From an uncultured virus (IMG/VR IMGVR_UViG_3300030060_003029) (taxonomy: Duplodnaviria; Heunggongvirae; Uroviricota; Caudoviricetes; Crassvirales), in the IMG/VR virus record IMGVR_UViG_3300030060_003029: 64,000 nt of DNA; one strand, given 5' to 3'. The translations under genes were made by a program, and so were the position numbers. The notes beneath the pieces are model-generated. The model saw only the letters and a program-made list of their open reading frames with translations. It was not told the origin of the DNA and did not search any database. Below are positions 40,201 through 49,558 of this stretch, one piece after another (the stretch's first letter is position 1; each line of letters starts with the position of its first letter).

Positions 40201-43200
40201 ATGGAGGGCTCTGAAGAGGTTCTTCAAAGTCAAGGTGTCGAAGCTTTAAAAGATAACTATTATCGTGAATATAACTTTGAGACAGAAGGACTTACTAGAG
40301 CTTCTGCTGAAGAGTTTTTTATTGGTGCTATACTTGGGGGGGGAACAACCTTTGTTTCCAATAGAAACACAAGTAGAGATTATATAGAAAGTGATTTATA
40401 TAAAGATGCTTTATTGACATCGTATAATAACTATAAGTCTAAAGGTGGTAAGGCAGATATTTTTTCATACATAGATAACATGGTTGGTAAAAATATTAGC
40501 CCTGACAAAAAATTCACAAATACTGATGCTAAAAAATTAAAAGACAATCTAACTAACCTTTTTGGAGAATTAGATAATTTAGTTGGTGACAATCAACTGT
40601 ACGATAATGACTTATCTAAAAGAGAACTTTTAAATCTTATAGAAGCTAGGAAAAATGCTGAAGCACTTCAAGGTTCTCTTGATCCTGTTCAGGCAGAGAT
40701 GATGAAAAGTAGATTAAAAGACTATAACAGCTCTATGGACAAAATACTTAAAGGAGCTGACCCAATAAAGGTTATGAGTGACCTTGCTATAAAGAATGAT
40801 GATGCAGTTAATAATTATATTAGAGGTTTTGCTAAGTCTGAGGACATACCTGAAGGGGCTAAAGCTATTATAAGACAATTGTCTGGTGGTAAAATCACAA
40901 CAGAAAGTCAGCAAAAAATGTATCTAACTGCATTGCAAAACGACATAAAAAGACTGGATAGCATGGATCCAGATAAAATGACAGATGTAGATAAAAAGAA
41001 ATTAACCCTTTACAAAAGAATAGAAAAGGATATTAGTAACTTAAAAGTTAAAAAAGATGAAACAACAACTACCACTGCAACTGGAACAGAGGCTGGAAGA
41101 ACTGCCAGAGGAACTGAAAGTGAAGGTATTGGAGAAGATACTGAACAGATTGCAACAGAATCAGAAAAAACAACCCTCAATCAAAACATAGGTAAAAAAG
41201 TTTCTTATAAAGGGAAACAGGGAATACTTGGAAAAGATAAAAATGGAAACTTTATACTTAAAACGCCAGGAAGAGGTAGAGGTATAATAATTAAGGGTGT
41301 TAAGAGAGGCAACATGAGAATGGGGACTGTTGGCCTTAAGTATGAGGGTGCGAATGTGGGTGTAGACTCAAACAACAAGCTAACAATAGATGGTCAGGAT
41401 TCTGGAGAAATTGTTGGTTTATATAAAGATGACTCAGGATCTTTAGGTGGTGTAATTACTATTGATGATAATGTTGGAGACCTTATAGTAGATAAAGATA
41501 AAACTATTTCCAAGCTTAAAAGGCTACAAAAAAGAAGAAATGATGGTAAAATATCACAAAGAGAGTTTTTAAATAAGGTTAACGAAATTCAAGGACTTAA
41601 TGTATTAACAGATAGTGATGTTAAGTTTAATGCTGCAGCTACCAAATTAACAAATGATATAGTTAATCAGGGTGGTATTGATGTTATAACAATGGAGGAC
41701 GTGGAGCAAATGATAGAGGAAGCCATAAGTGAACTTGGTCAGGAGTACGAAACAAAATCACAGAAGTCTAAACAAGAAAAATCTAATCAATCTAAAAGGG
41801 ATAAAAAAGAAAAAATAAAAGACGATAAGAGATCTACTAAACCACTTTTTGATTCTAGAGAGGGAACTGATATAGACTCTTTAATAGAGGAGTACGACAA
41901 GCTTGAGGGTGCAGAATATAAAGCAAAAGCCAGAATACTAAGACAAGCTAAAAATTTATTCCAGGCCCAAGGACAAAATATAATTATACATCAAGACACT
42001 GCCTCAGAAGTTGAGTACTTTATAAACCAAGGCAAAAGTCCAACAGAAGCCATGTATTTAGCTATGGGTGGAAATGGATTTAATTTAGAGAGTGGACTAG
42101 GTAATGAAGCAACAATGCATGTAAACTTTGAGTTGGCCAATGATAACACATTATTTCATGAGGCAGCTCACCCATTTGTAACATCCATATTTGAGGCTGC
42201 TAAACAAGGCAATGAAAATGCAAAAAAATTAGTTGAGAGTTTAGAAAAATCACTACCTAAAGAATATTTAGATTTTGGATATAATCCAAGAGCAGGTTAT
42301 GCAACAAATAAAGATGGTAAAGTTCCATTAGATAAAAATGGCAATGTAGACAGGAAGAAAGTTACCAATAAATATGATTCAAATGGTCCACTTGCTGAAG
42401 CACTAGCTGAGTTTTTAGCAGATGCTGGTCTTAAAAAGTTTGACGATAATCAAAGCACTTTAAATAAAGCTATTAGTTACGCTAAATCAACAATTAACTC
42501 AATACTTGGGGTAGATTCAGATAACCCTATGAACATAAGCTTAGAAGAATTAAGCAATTTAACAAATATAGATGATGTTGCAAAAATATTCAAAGAGTCT
42601 ACATCAAGAGGAATGACAGTTAATGAAAAGGCTAGAGGTGAAGTTAAACCAACAATGAAAAAACAAGTTGATAATTCTACTCCAGGTGAAGTTATTGCAG
42701 AAAATGTAACCATAACTAGTGTAGATAGTGATATTGGTCAAAATGTTTCACCCACTAGTGTTGATAATGTGGAGAGGACATTTGAGGAGGGTGATGTTAT
42801 AAGAGCAGATAGAGGTGATTATGAGGGTCAAACATTTACAGTTATAGCAGCAGATAAAGCATTAACAGGTTTGGTTAAATCACCAACAGGTTTAGAAATG
42901 GAGTTTAAAGGTGGAATGTATTTCCCATACGCTTTTAAAGGTTATGCTTGGGCAGTGGATGGAACGCAAGTGGGAACAAAATTAATAAATGCTGCAAAAA
43001 AAACAGATGGTAGAGTTGCTATAATGATTCAGGCTGATGCAGGTATAAATGGTAGTTTATTAATGTCTCAATACATTATAAACGAGTTTCAAAATGTTAT
43101 AGATAACAAGATAGCTAGTAAAAAAGATGTTTTAGAATTTATAAATGGTAAACTAAACAACACTAAGATAAGGTCAGCTATAGATAAAAGGAATTTATTA

Positions 43201-46200
43201 GGAAAAAGAAAGGGAATTAAAAGTTTAGATGAAATTATTCCAATATTTGAAAAATTAGATTTTGGCTCTAGAGCTAAGTTTGTGCAACAAATAGTAAAAG
43301 CGAAAGACAGTACATTAAGTAAGTTTAATTTACCAGGGGAAAATAAAATTTTAGAATATGTAAACGACCCAGACTTAAAAGAGGTAAGGAAAGCTAGTGT
43401 TGTTTCTATGATACAAATAGATGTAAACGACCCTAATATTATTGTTGATACAAAATCATCTGATTACGATGGGCCAATTCATGAGTCTTATAGATACCTT
43501 GTTAAAGGATCTCCAATAGCTGTCTTAAACAAATCTATACCTATAGAAGAACTTGTTGAAGAATATAAAAAAGACCAGTATTATAAGCAAGGTAAATACG
43601 ATACAAATTTAACTTTGTACTCTGCAGGAAGACAAATGCCAGAAGTTAAGTTTCAAACATATGGAGATAATGGATTTTCATCATTAGATTCTGCTTTAGA
43701 ATTTACAGACATAAGCAGTGGCACACCAAAACAGTGGATAAAAGAAATAAAAAGAGTTGGAGATAGAAATACACTTAATGAGCTTAAGTTTATAGGAATG
43801 AGAGATTTTTTAAAGTCTGTTGAAAGGTCTTACGCTGATGGTCTTATACCAAAAGCTGCTATTCAAGATTATATATCTATGAATAATACTTCTATAGATA
43901 TAGAAGAAAATACTATGAGAATTAATAATCCTATGTTTGAATTATCTAACGTAAATTTTGAAGATATAACAAACGAGGATGGTGAGAGAGTTTTATTAAT
44001 AAGAGACATAAAAGCACCAAACAGGGAAATGATGTCTAATACTCCACCAACAATTAGAACATTAATTAAATTTGCTTCTGATAATAATTATGATACTATT
44101 GCTTTTGAGAATGGTAGCAGTTTCAAAGGGGCTAAGTCAGAGTTCTTTGACAGTGTTGTTCCTGAAGTTATGAATGATATTATATCAGACATAAACCCAA
44201 GTCAAGGAATAGTCTTAACAGATGTAGATAATAATGGATATGTATCTATTGATATAACAAACTCTATAACAAGTCTTTCTGAAGACATGAGTAACCCATC
44301 TTCCAAGGCTCAGGTTTTTGACAATAAGGATAAATTATTCTACACAACAAACCCTAAGTTTCAAAAATCTAATAGATTCAATTCCTTTAAAGAGTTTTTA
44401 AACAGGGAAGTTTTACCAAAAGGTAATATACCTGAGTCTGTATTTGAAATGGGTGTTCAAGCTAAAAGCAATATTGATGCAGAAAAATTTGAACTAAAAA
44501 AATTAATTGACAGGTTCAGAAATATAGTAGAGAGAAATCAAAAAGGAGAAAACCCAATATCATTAAAAGAAATAAATGATGCGTTGACAGATCCAACTGC
44601 TAAAATAAAATCACTAAACTCAGAACTTTCTATGTACGAAAGTGATTTAGAAACATTAGATAGGGGTGGTAAAAGTTATGCTGCTGGTATTGTTTTAGAA
44701 AAAATAAGAAATGTTGAGAAAACAATAAAGCAACTTAAAGATGGTCACGCAGGTAGGGCGACTATAAAAGATTTAGACTCTGACCCTGAGCTTCAAGATC
44801 TAGTAAAAAAGGTTAGAAGAAAAATAGATTCTTTAAGTAACAAATTGAAAAGCGTTGTTACAGATGGTCTTGGAGTTGTTATAGATGATAATTTAGGTAT
44901 ATATATTAATAGACAATATAGAATATTTAACGACACAGAGTATAGAGACAAGATGAGAAACCTAATTGAATCTATGATTAACGAAAAGGTTAGTACAGGA
45001 AAAATAAAAGAATCTATAGAGGGTTTTGAAAAAGAATATAATATCATACAAAGTGCTATGAATCTTTTTTCAGAAAAATACAAACAATACCTTCAAAATC
45101 AAGGCCTTCCATCTGATGAAATAACTGAAGAAAAAGTGTTAAGATTTGTTTCTCAATTATTCCTTAATAACGATAGTAGAGATGATTTTGTTAAGTCTGT
45201 TTTAAAAACAAGAAATATTAATACTAATATTTTTACTACAAGAAAAGAAATACCTGATGCTATAAAAGATTTATATAGTCCAATAGAAAACCCTGTATAC
45301 AACATAACCAACTCTATAACTAAAATGGTTGATGAGTATGAAAACCTAAACTTTAAAGCAAAAACAGTTGAAGCTTTAAATGGTATTTTAATTTTTGATG
45401 ACTCAAACATTCCTGTTGGAAGCGATGGAGATAGATATAGAAACAATAAATTTACTTTAAAATTTAATAACAAGACTTATTATACAACCAAAGAAATTAA
45501 AGAATTTATTGAGGGAGAAGAACTTAATTATGGTAAAATAATGACACTTGCTCAAGGTTTAAATGGTCTTTTAAAACTTGGGAAAACTGTATGGTCTCCA
45601 AAGACTCACGTTAGGAACTTCTTTGGTAATATGTATTTTGCATCTATTAATGGACATGTTCCTGGTTCAAACTTTTTTGAAAGTTGGAAAGTTATGCAGA
45701 ATTTATTTGACAGTAGCACAACTCAGGAGAGAGAGGATATGTTTGCCACAATGATTAGAGCTGGAATAATAGATTCTGTTTATGCAGATGAACTAAAAGC
45801 TATATTGAAAGAAAGTAATTTAGGAAAACTTGGTTCTGAACTCTTTGAAAACAATGTGGATGTAGATGCTATAAAAAAGAAAAAACCAGGTCTTCGTAGG
45901 ATTCTAAATGATTTTGTTAATAAGGCTTACCTTTTTGAAGATGTTGTTTGGAAGGGTGCAGGGTTCTTGAATGAAGTTCAAGTATATTTGGATGCAGGAT
46001 ATACTAGGGAGCAAGCTTTGAAAGAGGCTTCTGAAAATATAAGGGGAGGTTATACTACCTACTCTATGGTTCCTAAAGTTGGTAAAAGACTTAGAAGATC
46101 TTTATTTGTTAGTGACTTCGTTTCTTTCCCTGCTGAAGTAGTTAGAACCAGTGTAAATGCAATTTTAATAGCAAAAAAACAATTAATGTCTGGTAACCCA

Positions 46201-47436
46201 GTGTTAATGACTCAGGGTGCTAAAAGGTTATTTGGAATAGGATTTGCAGGATATGCTATGCCTCATGCTTTCACTTTACTTGCTGGGGCATGGGCTACTA
46301 CCCTTGAGTTTATAAAAAATCTATTTGATGATGAACCAGAAAAGGGAGAAAATGAATTAATGAATTGGAAACTCATGAATGGAAAACAAGATAAAGTTGG
46401 AGGATGGGAGTTTTTTGAAAGTTTATCTGATTATTACGAAGTTAAAAAGTTTGATGATTGGGAGAAAACAGGATTAGATGATATGGATAGAGATAAAATG
46501 ATTCAGTTATTTTTACCACCTTGGATGAAGTATGGAGATGTAAAACTTGTTTCTGCTCAATCAAATGAAAATGGAGACTTTGATGGCACAATGTATGTTT
46601 GGAACTCAACTGATAATATGTCTGATGGTATATTTAGAGAATTTGTTAACTCAATTTTTAACCCACCTGAAGACGATCCATCTTTTGACACAAAGATATT
46701 TAATGATGTTTTACACACTACATTAGATCCATTTATTAGTCCAAGTATGATGACTCAACTAATTATTGAAACTGGCAGAAACAAAAAAAAATCTGGAGCT
46801 AATATATGGAATGAGGATGACATTGGTCGTGATAAACTTACAAAATTGTTTTCTTATATTGTAAAAGCTGGGGCACCTGGCTTTGCGACACAGGTATATG
46901 ATTTGTTAGAAAGTTGGCAGCCTGACACATTTTTAAGTGAAGATGAGTTGAAGTATATGAAAAAAAGTTTTTTACACGAAGCAATGTCTTTTACTGGTAA
47001 TAGGTTCTCTAGATTTAATATACAAGAAAATTTTAAATATGGAGTGAAAGAAGTAATTACTAACTTAAACAACACAAAGCCAAGAGAAAAAGAAGAAGTC
47101 AATGTTTTTAATAGGGTTAAAAGACAAATGGAATATTTAGATAAATTATATTTGTATTCTGAATTTTTTGGAATAGAAACAGAAGGTGTAAAAAAGTCTT
47201 TAATTAAATCTATGGAAGATAAATTTAACAGGAGTGAAACTAATAGAGATAATATAATTCTACAGTATTATCCTGGATATAATTCTAAAGATGAACTTTA
47301 CATGTTCTTAAATAGAGATAGGGTTTCTCAACCTGATTTTGAAACATGGTCAAAGTCCAATGACTGGGCAGAGATTTTAAAACCTTGGCAAACAGAACAA
47401 GTACAAGATATAAGAGAAAAAGAATTAAGTAATTAA
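37270..47436 (+). CDS. Giant multidomain internal virion protein (3388 aa) with peptidase M15-like and zincin domains
   Basis: SAFR...SYHLHGMALD...HVHV (about 37950-38200); HEAAH at 42157-42171; position typical of DNA-ejection proteins. Confidence 0.8.
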   Translation: MNEQALQDAYNLFSSSGYSGSLEDFMKLISTNEDALNDSYSLFKNSGYNGSAEDYSTLVGVKKKDQSEEDLLDVESGTSDVDDTGLDSSEVEQNTPVYTINGENSSKESVLESINNEEFIEGIANGDNNIDIQNDEVTAQTLIESVNSFKKRKEEENNTPNLSFNEQVDQELLKSDPTRSVSKESLVPIFTEENKISTTDGLTHNAVNPVVNQALSEMRDVWPEQPLLNVESAFRDEELNKSVGGHNHSYHLHGMALDLTGDSAKVFLNWVNTTEEGKAWAEKWTESADGGIGVILESEGTSKEHVHVQFKKELGKPITNSQPSKLPEGNMNTIERKTQEKQPDIADDGWVSGDAPMMNLLGMTRRDQQSKLSEIDNTYSNFNIEDVSHLYNEQELKHLRDKLESEELMVTKGRTPGVVKKRGFGITDPWWKSDEYFNELLNRPRKIIQDYLNSGWEHVGNRSYKHTETGIVISPEDSQGRNPLIANNSAIPKMIKLSRENPDYFNEINDTKIKELYKEFNPIRFNYFQQEIDRKDEGDKKELLEQKLKNEMGEFVLSKKNSILTNLEKTIPKDFNEKTIEFGKKLSLIEDWLTKQQKLINSYPKTAYGFVDTRYMSEKDIEDYNNLVKGYNEQYNGTYKNLLNEQNKLFEENPNIDTINNLSKGFNETVKYLNAVKENEVWQSHYNKIKKRQEIVDKTWNEMNWSEVPAFVLAQLGSDLTGNLLKGISSTPEQMKSIFSYENEFGWTDMVAKEVADAWETSPFNIAKPTALNNAEALGKVYSSKVNGNSVYFDDKGKIKHILNSDGLKVENGTDAYKEIVEEYNKNQESYPIEESYQWGNTLYNVMHAGGGFAVDMGIAWLTRGRSKAFGAGLKAQRYAFTGGLYGATNLRMYHGFKEEAINQGMLPGDASRFANEATAIVSAVEILTPDFGMLSPGTKKLATDKVFDALTKTTKKDAVTDIIRRNTIRNTAFYGVMEGSEEVLQSQGVEALKDNYYREYNFETEGLTRASAEEFFIGAILGGGTTFVSNRNTSRDYIESDLYKDALLTSYNNYKSKGGKADIFSYIDNMVGKNISPDKKFTNTDAKKLKDNLTNLFGELDNLVGDNQLYDNDLSKRELLNLIEARKNAEALQGSLDPVQAEMMKSRLKDYNSSMDKILKGADPIKVMSDLAIKNDDAVNNYIRGFAKSEDIPEGAKAIIRQLSGGKITTESQQKMYLTALQNDIKRLDSMDPDKMTDVDKKKLTLYKRIEKDISNLKVKKDETTTTTATGTEAGRTARGTESEGIGEDTEQIATESEKTTLNQNIGKKVSYKGKQGILGKDKNGNFILKTPGRGRGIIIKGVKRGNMRMGTVGLKYEGANVGVDSNNKLTIDGQDSGEIVGLYKDDSGSLGGVITIDDNVGDLIVDKDKTISKLKRLQKRRNDGKISQREFLNKVNEIQGLNVLTDSDVKFNAAATKLTNDIVNQGGIDVITMEDVEQMIEEAISELGQEYETKSQKSKQEKSNQSKRDKKEKIKDDKRSTKPLFDSREGTDIDSLIEEYDKLEGAEYKAKARILRQAKNLFQAQGQNIIIHQDTASEVEYFINQGKSPTEAMYLAMGGNGFNLESGLGNEATMHVNFELANDNTLFHEAAHPFVTSIFEAAKQGNENAKKLVESLEKSLPKEYLDFGYNPRAGYATNKDGKVPLDKNGNVDRKKVTNKYDSNGPLAEALAEFLADAGLKKFDDNQSTLNKAISYAKSTINSILGVDSDNPMNISLEELSNLTNIDDVAKIFKESTSRGMTVNEKARGEVKPTMKKQVDNSTPGEVIAENVTITSVDSDIGQNVSPTSVDNVERTFEEGDVIRADRGDYEGQTFTVIAADKALTGLVKSPTGLEMEFKGGMYFPYAFKGYAWAVDGTQVGTKLINAAKKTDGRVAIMIQADAGINGSLLMSQYIINEFQNVIDNKIASKKDVLEFINGKLNNTKIRSAIDKRNLLGKRKGIKSLDEIIPIFEKLDFGSRAKFVQQIVKAKDSTLSKFNLPGENKILEYVNDPDLKEVRKASVVSMIQIDVNDPNIIVDTKSSDYDGPIHESYRYLVKGSPIAVLNKSIPIEELVEEYKKDQYYKQGKYDTNLTLYSAGRQMPEVKFQTYGDNGFSSLDSALEFTDISSGTPKQWIKEIKRVGDRNTLNELKFIGMRDFLKSVERSYADGLIPKAAIQDYISMNNTSIDIEENTMRINNPMFELSNVNFEDITNEDGERVLLIRDIKAPNREMMSNTPPTIRTLIKFASDNNYDTIAFENGSSFKGAKSEFFDSVVPEVMNDIISDINPSQGIVLTDVDNNGYVSIDITNSITSLSEDMSNPSSKAQVFDNKDKLFYTTNPKFQKSNRFNSFKEFLNREVLPKGNIPESVFEMGVQAKSNIDAEKFELKKLIDRFRNIVERNQKGENPISLKEINDALTDPTAKIKSLNSELSMYESDLETLDRGGKSYAAGIVLEKIRNVEKTIKQLKDGHAGRATIKDLDSDPELQDLVKKVRRKIDSLSNKLKSVVTDGLGVVIDDNLGIYINRQYRIFNDTEYRDKMRNLIESMINEKVSTGKIKESIEGFEKEYNIIQSAMNLFSEKYKQYLQNQGLPSDEITEEKVLRFVSQLFLNNDSRDDFVKSVLKTRNINTNIFTTRKEIPDAIKDLYSPIENPVYNITNSITKMVDEYENLNFKAKTVEALNGILIFDDSNIPVGSDGDRYRNNKFTLKFNNKTYYTTKEIKEFIEGEELNYGKIMTLAQGLNGLLKLGKTVWSPKTHVRNFFGNMYFASINGHVPGSNFFESWKVMQNLFDSSTTQEREDMFATMIRAGIIDSVYADELKAILKESNLGKLGSELFENNVDVDAIKKKKPGLRRILNDFVNKAYLFEDVVWKGAGFLNEVQVYLDAGYTREQALKEASENIRGGYTTYSMVPKVGKRLRRSLFVSDFVSFPAEVVRTSVNAILIAKKQLMSGNPVLMTQGAKRLFGIGFAGYAMPHAFTLLAGAWATTLEFIKNLFDDEPEKGENELMNWKLMNGKQDKVGGWEFFESLSDYYEVKKFDDWEKTGLDDMDRDKMIQLFLPPWMKYGDVKLVSAQSNENGDFDGTMYVWNSTDNMSDGIFREFVNSIFNPPEDDPSFDTKIFNDVLHTTLDPFISPSMMTQLIIETGRNKKKSGANIWNEDDIGRDKLTKLFSYIVKAGAPGFATQVYDLLESWQPDTFLSEDELKYMKKSFLHEAMSFTGNRFSRFNIQENFKYGVKEVITNLNNTKPREKEEVNVFNRVKRQMEYLDKLYLYSEFFGIETEGVKKSLIKSMEDKFNRSETNRDNIILQYYPGYNSKDELYMFLNRDRVSQPDFETWSKSNDWAEILKPWQTEQVQDIREKELSN

Positions 47437-47438
47437 AT

Positions 47439-47939
47439 ATGAAATTAGAAGTATTAAGAATATCAAGTGGCCCAGAATCAACCTCTGGAATATTATTTAT
47501 AGTAGATGATTCTGCAGAAAACCCACATGGAGAAGGTTTTAGATGTAAAAGAAGTTTTGTGTGTTATACATTAGAAGATGAACATAGAGATGAAAAAAAA
47601 TATGGAGAAACAAGGATCCCTGCTGGGACATATAAAATTAAACTTAGAAAAGAAGGTGGATACCATCAAAAATATTCTAAAAGATTTCCTAAAATTCATC
47701 GTGGTATGCTTCATATTACTGACGTACCTAACTTTGAGTACATCCTTATTCATTGTGGTAATACTGATGAGCATACTGCAGGATGCTTACTCGTGGGGGA
47801 CTCGCAAGAAAATAATCAAATAAATGAGAATGGTTTTATAGGTAAGTCAACACAGGCTTATAAAAGAATATATCCTAGGATAGCAGAAGCCCTAGTTAAT
47901 AACAAAGAGGTGTTAATAACTTACAAAGATATTGCCTAA
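47439..47939 (+). CDS. DUF5675-like protein, putative endolysin
   Basis: CYTLEDE...ETRIPAGTY...ILIHCGNTDEHTAGCLLVG. Confidence 0.8.
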   Translation: MKLEVLRISSGPESTSGILFIVDDSAENPHGEGFRCKRSFVCYTLEDEHRDEKKYGETRIPAGTYKIKLRKEGGYHQKYSKRFPKIHRGMLHITDVPNFEYILIHCGNTDEHTAGCLLVGDSQENNQINENGFIGKSTQAYKRIYPRIAEALVNNKEVLITYKDIA

Positions 47940-47956
47940 CTAACAAATAAATTCAC

Positions 47957-47964
47957 TATATTTG
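47957..47964 (+). promoter_or_regulatory. -7 promoter element TATATTTG driving a short RNA
   Basis: Perfect motif in the intergenic gap; TGTTAATAACTT box at 47911-47922. Confidence 0.75.
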
Positions 47965-47969
47965 ACAGT

Positions 47970-48036
47970 AAGTTTCATAATGTTTAGTTTTGGGGGGTTT
48001 TGTTTGATTCTGTATTAAACTGCCCCCCATCCTTTT
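47970..48036 (+). ncRNA. Candidate small RNA antisense to start-codon regions
   Basis: Promoter, then an unstructured GUUUCAUAAUGUUUAGUUUU tract, then a GGGGGG/CCCCCC + GUUUGAU/AUUAAAC hairpin and a short U tract; no plausible ORF. Confidence 0.55.
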
Positions 48037-48046
48037 AATTAGTAAT

Positions 48047-48328
48047 ATGAGAGATTATAAAGACGAATATAAGAAGTTTCAATCTAGCCCTAAGCAAAGA
48101 GCTAATAATAGAAAAAGAAAGAGAGATAGGTATAAACTAGAAAAGGGTGGAAAAGTTTCTAAGTTTGATGGAAAAGAAGTTCATCATACTGAGGGCATAA
48201 ACTCAGATAAACTAAGCGTTGTGTCTGCTAAAAAAAATAGAGGTAAAAAAGGAGAAGGAGGGAGAAAGAAAGGTGTTGGACATAATTACCCTAAAAAAAG
48301 AAAGTACGTAAAACGTAATGTCAATTAA
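48047..48328 (+). CDS. Basic HNH-like small protein
   Basis: DGKEVHH...LSVVSAKKNR. Confidence 0.6.
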   Translation: MRDYKDEYKKFQSSPKQRANNRKRKRDRYKLEKGGKVSKFDGKEVHHTEGINSDKLSVVSAKKNRGKKGEGGRKKGVGHNYPKKRKYVKRNVN

Positions 48329-48713
48329 AGAAAAAAAAACAAAGCAGTTAGGGATGAATCCTGGAACTGCTGCCCATAGACTTAGAAAATCTATTTTATT
48401 TAGCTTTGCTAAGAAGTTGGGCTTTAATTGGTGTTACCAATGTGCAACAGAAATAGTAGATATAGATAATTTTACAATAGAACATAAAAAACCTTGGCTA
48501 GATTCTGATAATCCACCTGAGGTTTTTTTTGATCTAGACAATATAGCCTTTTCACATGCTGGTTGTAATTATCGTGCAGCTAGAGTTAAACATGGTATGC
48601 CATGTCCATCAGTTACAGCCTACAGAAAAGGGTGTAGATGTGATGGGTGTAAAAAAGCTAGAGCTGAATATAGAAAGAAAAGAAAAGAATTAAAAGGAAG
48701 AAAAAATGAGTAA
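48318..48713 (+). CDS. HNH endonuclease-like protein with zinc motifs
   Basis: CYQC, IEHKKPW, NIAFSHAGCN, GCRCDGC. Confidence 0.75.
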   Translation: MSIKEKKTKQLGMNPGTAAHRLRKSILFSFAKKLGFNWCYQCATEIVDIDNFTIEHKKPWLDSDNPPEVFFDLDNIAFSHAGCNYRAARVKHGMPCPSVTAYRKGCRCDGCKKARAEYRKKRKELKGRKNE

Positions 48714-48936
48714 ACCAAGTTTTATAGATAAAGCAAAAAGTTTAATAAGAGACACAACAAACCACGTTCTAAATCGTGCACAAAACGTATCTAAAGAAGA
48801 GTATTTGAGGAGAGCTATGGTATGTGATACTTGTGTTCACTTTGTGAAAAAAGATAATATATGTGGTGTTTGTGGTTGCTACATGGATGTAAAAGCTAAA
48901 TGGCAAACCTCAACTTGCCCTAAAGACAAATGGTAA
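48706..48936 (+). CDS. Cys-rich metal-binding small protein (DUF6171-like)
   Basis: CDTC...CGVCGC...CPKDKW. Confidence 0.7.
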   Translation: MSKPSFIDKAKSLIRDTTNHVLNRAQNVSKEEYLRRAMVCDTCVHFVKKDNICGVCGCYMDVKAKWQTSTCPKDKW

Positions 48937-48937
48937 T

Positions 48938-49081
48938 ATGAAAAGAATTGGTTTTGGTTTTCAGTTTTCTAATGGCATAGTATTTGGCATAAGACATTAC
49001 GAGCCAGACAACGTATGTAACTATTATGAAGTTCAGGTATTTTTAGGCTTGATGGTTGTATTTGTAACTATAGAATATTAG
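48938..49081 (+). CDS. Small hypothetical protein, 47 aa (MKRIGFGFQF...), not in ORF track
   Basis: Starts 1 nt after the previous stop and converges with the minus-strand operon. Confidence 0.65.
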   Translation: MKRIGFGFQFSNGIVFGIRHYEPDNVCNYYEVQVFLGLMVVFVTIEY

Positions 49082-49224
49082 AGCTTAGATTTAATAGAAT
49101 TTATTCTACCCTGTATTTCGTCAACCTTAGATTTAAACTTAGATCTCTTCATTCTCTTTCTAAGAATGTTTAACATTGTAAGCTTCTCTCTCTTAGCTTT
49201 ATTTCTTGCATTAGCTTTTCCCAT
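49078..49224 (-). CDS. Small basic protein, 48 aa (MGKANARNKAKREK...), not in ORF track
   Basis: Overlaps the end of the upstream gene; its stop overlaps the convergent gene. Confidence 0.6.
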   Translation of the reverse strand: MGKANARNKAKREKLTMLNILRKRMKRSKFKSKVDEIQGRINSIKSKL

Positions 49225-49558
49225 CTTCTTCTTTTACAGGCTCTAGTGTTACCTCTATATCTGTTTCCCCTTCTGTAATGATACCTCCCTGTCTTGTAAA
49301 TGTTCCTTTCTCTATGTTTACACTACCAACTCCATACTTCTTATTTAATTTTTCAGAAATCTTTTGTTCTTTGTTTCTATTTCCCTTAAGTCTAGCTGCC
49401 ATATCTGACTCCATCTTCTCTAATTCTGATAATCTAGAATTAAGCAATATGCAATCCATTTTTATTTTTCCAAAGTCAACCATCATTCTACTGTTTTCTG
49501 ATCTTATTGCTCTGATTTCTTTTATTTCTTTTTCTTCTAATTTAATTTCTTTTTCCAT
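49211..49558 (-). CDS. Coiled-coil hypothetical protein
   Basis: Heptad pattern and LNKKYGVGSVNIEKGTF motif. Confidence 0.7.
   Translation of the reverse strand: MEKEIKLEEKEIKEIRAIRSENSRMMVDFGKIKMDCILLNSRLSELEKMESDMAARLKGNRNKEQKISEKLNKKYGVGSVNIEKGTFTRQGGIITEGETDIEVTLEPVKEEDGKS

Noticed and set aside
46567..46590. NGDFDGT in the giant protein as an RNA polymerase active-site motif
   Set aside because: Lacks the third Asp of DxDxD and has no surrounding polymerase motifs
7358..47102. Numerous antisense and alternate-frame ORFs in the track (e.g. 7358-7738, 8072-8437, 9892-10206, 45153-45473)
   Set aside because: Shadows of real genes, with low-complexity Ser/Phe/Leu composition and no start context
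47940..47978. Minus-strand ORF using the ATG within the candidate sRNA
   Set aside because: Only 12 codons (MKLTVKYSEFIC), antisense to the late operon, with no upstream promoter seen
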